Origin: Escherichia coli
GTDB taxonomy: Bacteria; Pseudomonadota; Gammaproteobacteria; Enterobacterales; Enterobacteriaceae
DNA: 64,000 nt
Reading direction: 5' to 3' (one strand)
Assembly (NCBI RefSeq): GCF_030013205.1
Contig: NZ_CP122648.1
A program made the position numbers and the translations under genes. Under the pieces are notes generated by a model. That model was not told the DNA's origin. It did no database searches and saw nothing but the letters and a program-made list of their open reading frames with translations. Below are positions 1-10,385 of this stretch, piece after piece (within the stretch, counting starts at the first letter, position 1; each line of letters starts with the position of its first letter).

Positions 1-83
1 GCTGCGCGGACCCGCATGTTATGCCGGGAGCGGCAACGCTCGACCAGCATGGGGAACAAATTCGCCAGGAGTTCTCATCATAA
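1..83 (+). CDS. yfdE: 3' end of a CoA-transferase family gene (yfdE-like), partial, enters from window edge
   Basis: Open frame from the window start ending at TAA 81-83 (...ATLDQHGEQIRQEFSS); convergent with evgS as in the conserved evgAS neighbourhood. Identity from context and tail peptide only. Confidence 0.4.
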   Translation, partial: CADPHVMPGAATLDQHGEQIRQEFSS

Positions 84-138
84 ATGTAAGATGTGCTGGT
101 AAATAGCTCCCACATTTGAATATTGTGGGAGCCGCTAT

Positions 139-3100
139 TTAGTCATTTTGTTGACAGAAAACAGCTATCTCCTGGTCCAGCTCTGCAATGTGTTCTTTAA
201 CAGAGTTCAGCAACTTAAGAATTTCAGGCTTGCTGTCATCTGAAACGGGCGTTATTTCTAACTGATGGCTAAGATTAATCAACTTTTGCAAATTCAGGAT
301 GTTAGCCGCACCGTGGATGCGATGAATACACTGATGGAAAGTTCTGTTATCGCCAGCTTCTAACGCATGAAACGCAGCGGGTAGATCTTTATGCGTTTCA
401 TGCTGGAAAGTCATGAGAATCTCCTGCATCAGTTGTAGATCGTTCGCCGTATTATTTTTCAGGGCCTCGATATCAAGGTGGCGATACTGAGGTGCAATAG
501 GCGCAACCTGGTGTAACTGACTTAAATGTGTTTTCATTACATCCAGGGTCAACGGTTTGAACAAACATAAGTTCATGCCGCAATTTAACCCTTTTTCACG
601 TTCGTTAGCCTGTGCGTTGGCTGTAAGCCCCCAGATGGGTAAGGAAGAATTTTGCTCACGGAGTTTCCGAGTCAACTCAAAACCATCCATATTCGGCATA
701 TTAACGTCAGTAATAAGCAGATCATAATGTTGCATACTGACTTTGTGTAGCGCTTGCACACCATCAGTGGCTTCATCAACATCATATCCTAATAGGTTTA
801 GCTGGCGTTTGAGTAATAGCCTGTTGGTCGGATGATCATCCGCGATTAATATGCTCAACTTTTCAGGGAGTGTCATGGGTTGTTCTGCTTTTGCCTCGAC
901 AGTCGCCACTTGTTGGGTAATTTCTACCGGGATTGTGATCGTAAATGTCGTTCCTATGCCTGGATGACTTTCTAATGACAAATCGCCCTGCATGTTTTTA
1001 ATTAATTCTTTGCAGATTATTAAGCCTAAACCAGAACCTGTTTGCTGACGACCTGCACTTGTTTGGCTATAACGTTTAAACAGTTGTTGTTGTTCTTCCT
1101 GTGATAATCCACTTCCAGAATCCATAATCGTCATTTTGATTACAGCGTGGTTGTCATCAATGTTAACCAGGGAGGTCGTAATTTTTACTGCACCCTCGGT
1201 GGTAAATTTGAGAGCATTGCTCAGTAAATTAGATAAGACCTGCTTAAACGCCTGAGGGTCGATCTTAACCAGGTAATGTTCAGGAAACGTACTGCTGCAA
1301 CTTAATGCGATCGATTTGCTTGCAGCAATCGCACCGAAAGAGTGACAAGTGTTCTGGACTAAAGTAGGGATGTCGACCCATTGTGGTTGAAGTTGATAGT
1401 TACCCGACTCAATTTTGTCGACATCAAGGATTTCACCAATTAAGCCGAGGAGTGATTGTCCGGTGGCGTAGGCAAGTGAAATCGCCTCCACCCGTTGCTC
1501 CTTGCTAAGACCAGAACCCGACAGAAGTTCCAGGAAGCCCATAATGGAGCTTATTGGTGTTCTTATTTCGTGACTCATTGTTGCCAGAAACTGACTTTTT
1601 GCGACAGTTGCATTGATCGCTTTATTTCTCTCTACTTCGAGAGCGTGAATTAAATCACGCGTCTCGGTAATATCTTGCCAACCACAAATATAAACAGCAT
1701 GATCGCTGGCTGGCAGATTGCATAATGTATGCCAGTGATTAATGCATCTTTTCTCGATGCCATTATCAATTTCAAATACCTGTGTGTATATTGTTCGATT
1801 TTCTTTCGTTTCTGCTGTGACTTCATGCGCATTAGAAAAAACATCTTTAAAGGGTGAGTCACTGTTTTCTAATGGTAACATTGCATTTTTGTAGTAATCC
1901 GCAGTGAAATAATGTTCAAAAGCACTATTATGACTAATGACATTACCTTGCCAGTTTACAACATAAGTTGGATTCGGTAAGGAATCCGAGAGTGCTTTTC
2001 GGAATGATATTTGGTTTTCTAAATCACCCTGAATGACTTTACGACGACGAACTGAGCGTAACAGGTAGAATCCCCATAAAAGGCTACTGCCAACTAATAA
2101 AACGGATAATGTCGTGACAATATAAAATTGCTCGCTATAGAGGTCCCATGTGTCAATGGTCACATTGGGCATTTTAATCCATTTTTCCGTCAGGCGCAGA
2201 ACTTCGCTTGGGGGAATTGCATTCAGTGCTTTATTAATAATATCCTTAAGTTCCGGTTCTCCGCGAGGAAAAGCGAACGAAAGCGATGCATTCGGAACGC
2301 CGGGAATAAGAAAATGATAAAGTTCATTAGGATAGTAATGGTCGATCATGTAACGTGAATTTAACTGTGTCGCGACCAGAGCATCAAGTTCGCCTTCTTT
2401 AACCTTGTGAAATGCAGCGCTTGCGTTATCGACTTTTATCCACTCTACCTCCGGATACATCTCTTTTAATTGCGAATGAAGCTCATAATAATAGGGAATG
2501 GCAACTTTCATTCCTTTTTTTAATGTTTGTTCACTGTCAGGCGCTTTTTGCATGACAAAAACGTAAGGCGTTGTTATGAAGGCTTCAGCAAATAAAACAT
2601 TATTTTCTCTATCTTCACTATAAATAGCGGCGGGCAATATATCCCATCCACCGGGGTTAAGCTGTGTCCCCGCATGAATATTGTGTGAAACGGTGATCGG
2701 AGAAAAATTTAAACCTGTTTGCAAGGTAATAATATTAAGAATATCACCCATCACGCCCCGAACTGAGCCAGTTTCATCTGTCATAGAATAGGGTGGCGAG
2801 TAAGGATTTTCCAGCACCTTTAAATCGGGATGCTGCTTAATCCACTGTTTTTCATGTTCAGTGAGTTCTAATGGTTTGTTCAGAAAGGCCAGGTTTCCTG
2901 TATCAAGCCAATTTTGTGATACTTCATAGCGAACTTCATTTGTTAAAGCATCAACAAATCGATTGAGTACTTCATTAAGAACGACTGAATCTTTTCTGGT
3001 TAAGAAAAAGTTATATTGACGCGGCGAGTTATAATATTTCACTACATTTAAGGAGTGAGTGAAATAGCGGGAAATCATACTGCTGGTAATAATGTTACTA

Positions 3101-3732
3101 CCAATAAAGTAATCATTCTGTCCGGCTGAGACGGATGCTAATGCCTGATATAAATTTGTAAAAGAGATAATTGTTGCTTTTGGAAATGATTGATGAATTA
3201 CCTCATCTGGAGGGTAATTTGCTACCCGAGCAATATTTACTGGTTTTGATGAGGTAAGCGGTCTCATTGAATCGTGAAGGGTGGTGACCAGCGCCGGAAA
3301 GGTAATTATCAGCGGTTTGGTTGCAGCAATGTCATCATTAAGAGGCGGCGAAGCAACTAAATGTGATAACACTATATCGACTTCCCCTTCTGTAAGCGCG
3401 TCCATTGCTTTTTGATGATCTGCGTATTCCCGGAGTGTTAATTTGATATTTAACGCTCTTTTTAAAAGATTTAAATAATCAGCATTAATACCACGAACCC
3501 GTTGCTGCGAATCGGTATGCAACAAAGTAGCCGTTTGGGACTTGTGTACTGCAATCACAAGATTTTTTTTGCTCGCTAACCAACGTAATTCCTTGTTGCT
3601 CAGACGTAGTGGATCAAGCGTGACACGGTTGTTACTACTGATGCCACGATATTCGATGTAATCTTCGTCTGCGAAACTTATGGTCGACCAAAGACCACAA
3701 CAGAGAAGAATAATATAGGGTAAAAACTTCAT
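139..3732 (-). CDS. evgS: Hybrid sensor histidine kinase EvgS (two periplasmic solute-binding domains, HisKA/HATPase, receiver, HPt)
   Basis: 1197-aa ORF with HEIRTP H-box, receiver domain and C-terminal HPt; immediately downstream of evgA on the same strand. Confidence 0.95.
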   Translation of the reverse strand: MKFLPYIILLCCGLWSTISFADEDYIEYRGISSNNRVTLDPLRLSNKELRWLASKKNLVIAVHKSQTATLLHTDSQQRVRGINADYLNLLKRALNIKLTLREYADHQKAMDALTEGEVDIVLSHLVASPPLNDDIAATKPLIITFPALVTTLHDSMRPLTSSKPVNIARVANYPPDEVIHQSFPKATIISFTNLYQALASVSAGQNDYFIGSNIITSSMISRYFTHSLNVVKYYNSPRQYNFFLTRKDSVVLNEVLNRFVDALTNEVRYEVSQNWLDTGNLAFLNKPLELTEHEKQWIKQHPDLKVLENPYSPPYSMTDETGSVRGVMGDILNIITLQTGLNFSPITVSHNIHAGTQLNPGGWDILPAAIYSEDRENNVLFAEAFITTPYVFVMQKAPDSEQTLKKGMKVAIPYYYELHSQLKEMYPEVEWIKVDNASAAFHKVKEGELDALVATQLNSRYMIDHYYPNELYHFLIPGVPNASLSFAFPRGEPELKDIINKALNAIPPSEVLRLTEKWIKMPNVTIDTWDLYSEQFYIVTTLSVLLVGSSLLWGFYLLRSVRRRKVIQGDLENQISFRKALSDSLPNPTYVVNWQGNVISHNSAFEHYFTADYYKNAMLPLENSDSPFKDVFSNAHEVTAETKENRTIYTQVFEIDNGIEKRCINHWHTLCNLPASDHAVYICGWQDITETRDLIHALEVERNKAINATVAKSQFLATMSHEIRTPISSIMGFLELLSGSGLSKEQRVEAISLAYATGQSLLGLIGEILDVDKIESGNYQLQPQWVDIPTLVQNTCHSFGAIAASKSIALSCSSTFPEHYLVKIDPQAFKQVLSNLLSNALKFTTEGAVKITTSLVNIDDNHAVIKMTIMDSGSGLSQEEQQQLFKRYSQTSAGRQQTGSGLGLIICKELIKNMQGDLSLESHPGIGTTFTITIPVEITQQVATVEAKAEQPMTLPEKLSILIADDHPTNRLLLKRQLNLLGYDVDEATDGVQALHKVSMQHYDLLITDVNMPNMDGFELTRKLREQNSSLPIWGLTANAQANEREKGLNCGMNLCLFKPLTLDVMKTHLSQLHQVAPIAPQYRHLDIEALKNNTANDLQLMQEILMTFQHETHKDLPAAFHALEAGDNRTFHQCIHRIHGAANILNLQKLINLSHQLEITPVSDDSKPEILKLLNSVKEHIAELDQEIAVFCQQND

Positions 3733-3736
3733 GTGG

Positions 3737-4351
3737 TTAGCCGATTTTGTTACGTTGTGCGAATGTGTAAAGATCCATCAGTGATTTACATTCTAATTTT
3801 TCCATCAGGCGACTTTTATAAGTGCTGACAGTTTTGTTGCTGATGAACATTTTTTCCGCAATGTCATTATTATCCTTGCCATCAAGAATATATCGCATGA
3901 CACTAATTTCTTGTTTCGATAAGGAGTCGAGTTTTTGCTGGTCGGACGTTAAACTTCCAACAAACCGGTTGAGAGAGAAGGGGAAATAGCAGTAGCCATT
4001 TTTTGCAGCTTCAATAGCCGCAATGATATTGTTCATGCCTTCTTTTTTACTCACGAATCCATTAGCGCCAGCATCAGCACAATGTTTCCCGTAAAAATGG
4101 TCATTTTTAGCGGAGACGATAATAATAATTCCGCTATATTGGCGCTTCCTCAGCGTTTCTAACACCTGGATACCGTTAACTCCGGGGATATCGACATCAA
4201 TGATGACGATATCAGGTTTAAGTGTTTCCACCCGCTGAACGGCACTTCCCCCTTCAGTCAACTCCGCTAAGATTTCAATATCGTTTTTGATCAATAAATT
4301 ACGAATTGCTGCGATAGCAAGAGGATGGTCATCAATAATTATTGCGTTCAT
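3737..4351 (-). CDS. evgA: Response regulator EvgA (receiver + LuxR-type HTH)
   Basis: 204-aa ORF MNAIIIDDHPLAIAAIRNLL... with C-terminal LuxR/FixJ HTH; divergent from emrK. Confidence 0.95.
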   Translation of the reverse strand: MNAIIIDDHPLAIAAIRNLLIKNDIEILAELTEGGSAVQRVETLKPDIVIIDVDIPGVNGIQVLETLRKRQYSGIIIIVSAKNDHFYGKHCADAGANGFVSKKEGMNNIIAAIEAAKNGYCYFPFSLNRFVGSLTSDQQKLDSLSKQEISVMRYILDGKDNNDIAEKMFISNKTVSTYKSRLMEKLECKSLMDLYTFAQRNKIG

Positions 4352-4576
4352 AGATTATTCCCTTTGCAATGAAGCATCTCCCTTCTCCCTGTAGTAATAC
4401 AGACATAAGGCATCATCTCATTTTCTCAATAAAAATAAGAAAATTTGAGCTTCCTTTAAGATAATTCGACAAGTATACCATATAAATAGTCGGCATGAAT
4501 GAAATGTCAACAATAAAATCAGGGATTGTACCGATGATTTATAGTTTCACATTAGCACTATAAGTCTTCTCACTAA

Positions 4577-4594
4577 TCCTACATGCGTAAGAAT
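4577..4594. promoter_or_regulatory. Candidate EvgA-binding inverted repeat in the evgA-emrK divergent promoter region
   Basis: 18-bp near-palindrome TCCTACATGCGTAAGAAT in the 415-bp intergenic region; resembles the EvgA box half-sites TTCYTACA/TGTARGAA as I recall them. Confidence 0.4.
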
Positions 4595-4766
4595 TGTATT
4601 GCAAAAGCCACGGTTTAGTCCTCTGTTGTTTTTTTTGCACCTCATTTAAATTAGGCCTCCAACGTTCCTGGGACAATGTGCAACACATGCACTGTGTTTG
4701 ATATGAAGAATGAATACTCTTTTCATTCAATTCATAAATTTCATCTATGCGAAATGAGAGATAATA

Positions 4767-5930
4767 GTGGAACAGATTAATTCAAATAAAAAACATTCTA
4801 ACAGAAGAAAATACTTTTCTTTATTGGCGGTAGTTTTATTTATTGCGTTTTCAGGTGCCTATGCCTATTGGTCAATGGAATTAGAAGACATGATTAGTAC
4901 AGATGATGCCTATGTCACGGGGAATGCAGATCCAATTTCTGCACAAGTTTCAGGCAGCGTCACTGTCGTTAATCATAAAGATACGAACTACGTTCGACAG
5001 GGTGACATTTTAGTCTCACTGGATAAGACTGATGCCACTATCGCACTCAATAAAGCTAAAAATAATCTGGCCAATATTGTTCGGCAAACGAATAAACTGT
5101 ACTTACAGGATAAACAATACAGTGCCGAAGTCGCTTCAGCACGTATTCAGTATCAACAATCTTTAGAAGATTATAACCGTCGTGTACCTTTAGCGAAGCA
5201 GGGGGTTATTTCAAAAGAAACGCTGGAGCATACCAAAGATACGTTAATAAGTAGCAAAGCGGCATTGAATGCCGCTATCCAGGCTTATAAAGCGAATAAA
5301 GCTTTAGTAATGAACACACCATTAAACCGTCAGCCACAAGTCGTTGAAGCGGCGGATGCAACCAAAGAAGCCTGGTTAGCGCTTAAACGTACGGATATTA
5401 AGAGTCCTGTTACCGGCTATATTGCCCAGCGAAGTGTTCAGGTTGGCGAAACAGTGAGTCCCGGACAATCGTTAATGGCTGTTGTACCGGCACGTCAAAT
5501 GTGGGTTAATGCCAACTTTAAAGAAACACAACTCACGGATGTACGGATTGGTCAATCGGTCAATATTATCAGCGATCTTTATGGTGAAAATGTTGTGTTT
5601 CATGGTCGGGTGACAGGGATCAATATGGGAACCGGCAATGCATTCTCCTTATTACCTGCACAAAATGCGACAGGGAACTGGATCAAAATCGTTCAGCGTG
5701 TACCGGTTGAAGTTTCTCTTGATCCAAAAGAACTCATGGAACATCCCTTACGTATTGGTTTATCGATGACAGCAACTATTGATACGAAGAACGAAGACAT
5801 TGCCGAGATGCCTGAGCTGGCTTCAACCGTGACGTCCATGCCTGCTTATACCAGTAAGGCTTTAGTTATCGATACCAGTCCGATAGAAAAAGAAATTAGC
5901 AACATTATTTCGCATAATGGACAACTTTAA
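4767..5930 (+). CDS. emrK: Multidrug efflux membrane fusion protein EmrK
   Basis: 387-aa ORF with N-terminal TM anchor and HlyD-family periplasmic adaptor features; stop overlaps emrY start. Confidence 0.95.
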   Translation: MEQINSNKKHSNRRKYFSLLAVVLFIAFSGAYAYWSMELEDMISTDDAYVTGNADPISAQVSGSVTVVNHKDTNYVRQGDILVSLDKTDATIALNKAKNNLANIVRQTNKLYLQDKQYSAEVASARIQYQQSLEDYNRRVPLAKQGVISKETLEHTKDTLISSKAALNAAIQAYKANKALVMNTPLNRQPQVVEAADATKEAWLALKRTDIKSPVTGYIAQRSVQVGETVSPGQSLMAVVPARQMWVNANFKETQLTDVRIGQSVNIISDLYGENVVFHGRVTGINMGTGNAFSLLPAQNATGNWIKIVQRVPVEVSLDPKELMEHPLRIGLSMTATIDTKNEDIAEMPELASTVTSMPAYTSKALVIDTSPIEKEISNIISHNGQL

Positions 5931-7468
5931 TGGCAATCACTAAATCAACTCCGGCACCATTAACCGGTGGGACGTTATGGTGCGTCACTATTGCATTGTC
6001 ATTAGCGACGTTTATGCAAATGTTGGATTCCACTATTTCTAACGTCGCAATACCGACAATATCTGGCTTTCTGGGAGCATCAACAGACGAAGGCACCTGG
6101 GTTATCACTTCGTTTGGCGTAGCAAATGCCATTGCGATCCCTGTTACCGGCAGGCTGGCACAAAGAATAGGCGAATTAAGATTATTTTTACTTTCAGTAA
6201 CCTTTTTTTCGCTATCTTCATTAATGTGTAGCCTATCGACCAATCTTGATGTGCTGATATTTTTTAGAGTCGTTCAGGGGTTAATGGCGGGGCCGTTAAT
6301 TCCACTGTCACAGAGTTTATTATTAAGGAATTATCCGCCAGAAAAAAGAACATTTGCTCTGGCATTATGGTCAATGACCGTAATTATCGCGCCGATATGT
6401 GGGCCGATATTGGGTGGCTACATTTGCGATAACTTTAGCTGGGGTTGGATATTTTTAATCAATGTCCCAATGGGGATTATCGTCCTGACATTATGCTTAA
6501 CCTTACTTAAAGGAAGAGAAACTGAGACTTCACCGGTCAAAATGAATCTACCAGGACTGACCCTGTTAGTGCTCGGTGTTGGTGGCTTGCAAATTATGCT
6601 CGATAAAGGGCGCGATCTGGATTGGTTCAACTCGAGTACAATAATAATACTAACAGTAGTGTCAGTTATTTCTCTGATCTCTTTAGTCATTTGGGAGTCG
6701 ACCTCAGAGAACTCGATTCTTGACCTCAGTTTGTTTAAGTCCCGTAATTTCACCATTGGTATTGTGAGTATCACATGCGCGTATTTATTTTACTCTGGGG
6801 CAATAGTCCTTATGCCGCAATTACTCCAGGAAACGATGGGGTATAATGCGATATGGGCCGGACTTGCCTATGCGCCCATCGGCATCATGCCGCTATTAAT
6901 ATCGCCTTTGATAGGACGTTATGGCAACAAAATTGATATGCGGTTGTTGGTGACATTTAGTTTTTTAATGTATGCGGTTTGCTATTACTGGCGTTCTGTG
7001 ACATTTATGCCAACGATTGATTTTACAGGCATCATTTTGCCACAGTTTTTCCAGGGATTCGCCGTCGCCTGTTTCTTTTTACCCTTAACAACGATTTCGT
7101 TTTCAGGTTTGCCAGATAATAAATTTGCCAATGCCTCGAGTATGAGTAATTTTTTTCGTACCTTGTCAGGATCAGTTGGTACGTCGTTGACAATGACGCT
7201 GTGGGGACGACGCGAATCGTTACACCATAGTCAGTTGACAGCAACCATCGATCAATTAAACCCCGTGTTTAATTCATCGTCACAAATTATGGATAAATAC
7301 TATGGTTCGCTTTCAGGGGTTCTTAATGAAATTAATAATGAAATAACTCAGCAGTCACTTTCAATTTCTGCAAATGAGATTTTCCGTATGGCGGCTATTG
7401 CTTTTATCTTACTTACAGTTTTGGTTTGGTTTGCGAAACCGCCGTTTACAGCGAAAGGCGTTGGGTGA
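5930..7468 (+). CDS. emrY: MFS multidrug efflux transporter EmrY (14-TM)
   Basis: 512-aa polytopic membrane ORF, translationally coupled to emrK. Confidence 0.95.
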   Translation: MAITKSTPAPLTGGTLWCVTIALSLATFMQMLDSTISNVAIPTISGFLGASTDEGTWVITSFGVANAIAIPVTGRLAQRIGELRLFLLSVTFFSLSSLMCSLSTNLDVLIFFRVVQGLMAGPLIPLSQSLLLRNYPPEKRTFALALWSMTVIIAPICGPILGGYICDNFSWGWIFLINVPMGIIVLTLCLTLLKGRETETSPVKMNLPGLTLLVLGVGGLQIMLDKGRDLDWFNSSTIIILTVVSVISLISLVIWESTSENSILDLSLFKSRNFTIGIVSITCAYLFYSGAIVLMPQLLQETMGYNAIWAGLAYAPIGIMPLLISPLIGRYGNKIDMRLLVTFSFLMYAVCYYWRSVTFMPTIDFTGIILPQFFQGFAVACFFLPLTTISFSGLPDNKFANASSMSNFFRTLSGSVGTSLTMTLWGRRESLHHSQLTATIDQLNPVFNSSSQIMDKYYGSLSGVLNEINNEITQQSLSISANEIFRMAAIAFILLTVLVWFAKPPFTAKGVG

Positions 7469-7575
7469 TGATAAAAGGAGGGGGTTATAGCAGGTAAGAC
7501 CAGGGACCTTAAGTCTGCGCCATCGGCAGCATCGCTCACCCAGGGAAAGGATGGCGATGCTGAATTGAAAATTAA

Positions 7576-8904
7576 TTAGCGGCCTTTTGCCAGATATTGC
7601 TCCATCTCTTCTTCCGGCACCATTCCACCTCCCGTCGCCCACACCAGATGAGTGGCATTACGCAGTTGTTCTGCGCTGAAACCGTGCATCTGTTGGTAAC
7701 TTACTGATGCGCACACGCGCTGAGGCCCGGCCATACCCGCCAGTGCCGAAGGTTCAAGACGAATGCCTTCTTCCTGCGCCAGCCAGCCAAGCATGTCATA
7801 CATGGTTTGATCGCTAAGGGTATAGAAGCCATCCAGTAGACGCTCCATTGCCCGCCCGACAAAGCCTGATGCGCGACTAACTGCAAGGCCATCCGCTGCG
7901 GTAAGGTTGTCGATACCAATATCCTGAACAGAAATCTGATCGTGTAATCCAGTATGGACGCCTAACAACATACAAGGGGAGTGCGTTGGTTCGGCAAAAA
8001 AGCAGTGAACATGATCGCCAAACGCCAGTTTAAGTCCGAATGCGACGCCACCAGGACCACCGCCAACACCACACGGCAGATAGACAAACAGAGGGTTATC
8101 AGCATCGACGATACGACCTTGCTCGGCAAATTGCGCTTTAAGACGCTGGCCTGCGACGGAGTACCCAAGGAACAACGTGCGGGAATTCTCGTCATCAATA
8201 AAGAAACAGTTCGGGTCAGACTGCGCTGCTTTACGTCCTTCCTCGACGGCAACACCATAATCTTGCTCATATTCCACGACCGTAACGCCATGGCTGCGCA
8301 GTTTCGCTTTTTTCCACGCCCGGGCATCAGCAGACATATGCACTGTCACCTTAAAGCCAATGCGGGCGCTCATAATGCCGATTGATAACCCCAGATTTCC
8401 GGTTGAGCCCACAGCAATGCTGTATTGACTAAAGAACTGTTTAAACTCCGGAGACAGTAGTTTGCTGTAGTCATCTTCAGGCGTCAGCAACCCCGCTTCC
8501 AGAGCCAGTTTTTCTGCGTGTGCCAGGACTTCATAAATCCCGCCGCGTGCTTTTATGGAGCCGGAAATGGGTAAATGGCTATCTTTTTTCAGTAGCAGTT
8601 GCCCGCTGATCGGTTGTTGATATTCCTTTTCCAGCCGTTTTTGCATAGCCGGAATGGCAACCAGTTCTGATTCAATAATCCCCCCAGTGGCAGCAGTTTC
8701 AGGAAATGCTTTTGCCAGATAGGGTGCAAAACGAGATAAGCGCGCATGGGCGTCCTGAACATCCTGTTCGGTCAGGCCAACATAAGGTAAACCTTCAGCC
8801 AATGAGGTCGTGCCAGGATTAAACCAGGTGGTTTCTTGAAGAGCAACCAGATCCTTTACCAACGGATACTGGGCGATGAGCGAATTCATTTTAGCGTTTT
8901 CCAT
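7576..8904 (-). CDS. dsdA: D-serine dehydratase (PLP-dependent)
   Basis: 442-aa [34 protein letters not shown]... matching DsdA. Confidence 0.95.
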   Translation of the reverse strand: MENAKMNSLIAQYPLVKDLVALQETTWFNPGTTSLAEGLPYVGLTEQDVQDAHARLSRFAPYLAKAFPETAATGGIIESELVAIPAMQKRLEKEYQQPISGQLLLKKDSHLPISGSIKARGGIYEVLAHAEKLALEAGLLTPEDDYSKLLSPEFKQFFSQYSIAVGSTGNLGLSIGIMSARIGFKVTVHMSADARAWKKAKLRSHGVTVVEYEQDYGVAVEEGRKAAQSDPNCFFIDDENSRTLFLGYSVAGQRLKAQFAEQGRIVDADNPLFVYLPCGVGGGPGGVAFGLKLAFGDHVHCFFAEPTHSPCMLLGVHTGLHDQISVQDIGIDNLTAADGLAVSRASGFVGRAMERLLDGFYTLSDQTMYDMLGWLAQEEGIRLEPSALAGMAGPQRVCASVSYQQMHGFSAEQLRNATHLVWATGGGMVPEEEMEQYLAKGR

Positions 8905-8921
8905 AGTACGTCTCTTTGCGC

Positions 8922-9145
8922 TTAGATGATAAATGACAGCAGGAATGTGCCCGCCAGAGCGACGACTGAAGCGATAAATGTCGCTGTCGTATAGTATTTA
9001 AATGTTTCATTGAGCGTAGCGCCGCAATATTGCTTCACCAGCCAGAAAAGCGAGTCCGTAACGATCGTGCAGCCAATTGCACTTGAACCGATATCAATCG
9101 TAAAAATTTCCGGGCTGATGTCGGGATACAGCGCCAGCACAATGA
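8922..9145 (-). pseudogene. dsdX: 3' remnant of the D-serine permease gene dsdX (about 75 C-terminal codons only)
   Basis: Minus-strand frame encodes ...LALYPDISPEIFTIDIGSSAIGCTIVTDSLFWLVKQYCG...LLSFII (GntP-family C-terminus) with no upstream coding continuation; csc DNA follows immediately. Confidence 0.75.
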
Positions 9146-9382
9146 TCCATATTTATATTTTCTTCTCCAGATTGGCGATGCCAGTTGGCATGTTTTACCT
9201 ACTTGCCTACATGGTTACTCGTTGGCAAGAACAGAGGCGGAATTGGGTACAATTGTCCGGGAATTATTGTTATTTTTTATTGTATTGCCGTGTCGGGTGA
9301 TAGGGCGTCGAGAATATCGTTGGATCTCGCCAGTGACGTCTGTTTCTGCTACAGTGCCCGTTTTACGGCAAACGGCTTGGGT

Positions 9383-10378
9383 ATGGCTTCATTAAAGGAT
9401 GTCGCACGCCTGGCGGGAGTGTCGATGATGACAGTCTCCCGGGTGATGCATAATGCAGAATCTGTGCGTCCTGCAACGCGTAACCGCGTATTGCAGGCAA
9501 TCCAGACCCTGAATTATGTTCCTGATCTTTCCGCCCGTAAGATGCGCGCTCAAGGACGTAAGCCGTCGACTCTCGCCGTGCTGGCGCAGGACACGGCCAC
9601 CACTCCTTTCTCTGTTGATATTCTGCTTGCCATTGAGCAAACCGCCAGCGAGTTTGGCTGGAATAGTTTTTTAATCAATATTTTTTCTGAAGATGACGCT
9701 GCCCGCGCGGCACGTCAGCTGCTTGCCCACCGTCCGGATGGCATTATCTATACTACAATGGGGCTGCGACATATCACGCTGCCTGAGTCTCTGTATGGTG
9801 AAAATATTGTATTGGCGAACTGTGTGGCGGATGACCCAGCGTTACCCAGTTATATCCCTGATGATTACACTGCACAATATGAATCAACACAGCATTTGCT
9901 CGCGGCGGGCTATCGTCAACCGTTATGCTTCTGGCTACCGGAAAGTGCGTTGGCAACAGGGTATCGTCGGCAGGGATTTGAGCAGGCCTGGCGTGATGCT
10001 GGACGAGATCTGGCTGAGGTGAAACAATTTCACATGGCAACAGGTGATGATCACTACACCGATCTCGCAAGTTTACTCAATGCCCACTTCAAATCGGGCA
10101 AACCAGATTTTGATGTTCTGATATGTGGTAACGATCGCGCAGCCTTTGTGGCTTATCAGGTTCTTTTGGCGAAGGGGGTACGTATCCCGCAGGATGTCGC
10201 CGTAATGGGCTTTGATAATCTGGTTGGCGTCGGGCATCTGTTTTTACCGCCGCTGACCACAATTCAGCTTCCACATGACATTATCGGGCGGGAAGCTGCA
10301 TTGCATATTATTGAAGATCGTGAAGGGGGAAGAGTGACGCGGATCCCTTGCCCGCTGTTGATCCGTTGTTCCACCTGA
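9383..10378 (+). CDS. cscR: LacI-family sucrose operon repressor CscR
   Basis: Start taken at MASLKDVARLAGVSMMTVSRV (HTH); the 66 codons upstream in the ORF track are judged non-coding read-through. 331 aa with a periplasmic-binding-like sugar domain. Confidence 0.9.
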   Translation: MASLKDVARLAGVSMMTVSRVMHNAESVRPATRNRVLQAIQTLNYVPDLSARKMRAQGRKPSTLAVLAQDTATTPFSVDILLAIEQTASEFGWNSFLINIFSEDDAARAARQLLAHRPDGIIYTTMGLRHITLPESLYGENIVLANCVADDPALPSYIPDDYTAQYESTQHLLAAGYRQPLCFWLPESALATGYRRQGFEQAWRDAGRDLAEVKQFHMATGDDHYTDLASLLNAHFKSGKPDFDVLICGNDRAAFVAYQVLLAKGVRIPQDVAVMGFDNLVGVGHLFLPPLTTIQLPHDIIGREAALHIIEDREGGRVTRIPCPLLIRCST

Positions 10379-10385
10379 TATTATG

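Noticed and set aside
1650-2358. Short ORFs inside and antisense to evgS
   Set aside because: Embedded in the 1197-aa evgS reading frame; no independent support.
9185-9382. N-terminal 66-codon extension of cscR in the ORF track
   Set aside because: The extension has no HTH and spans the junction with the dsdX remnant; the LacI-family HTH begins at the internal Met (9383).
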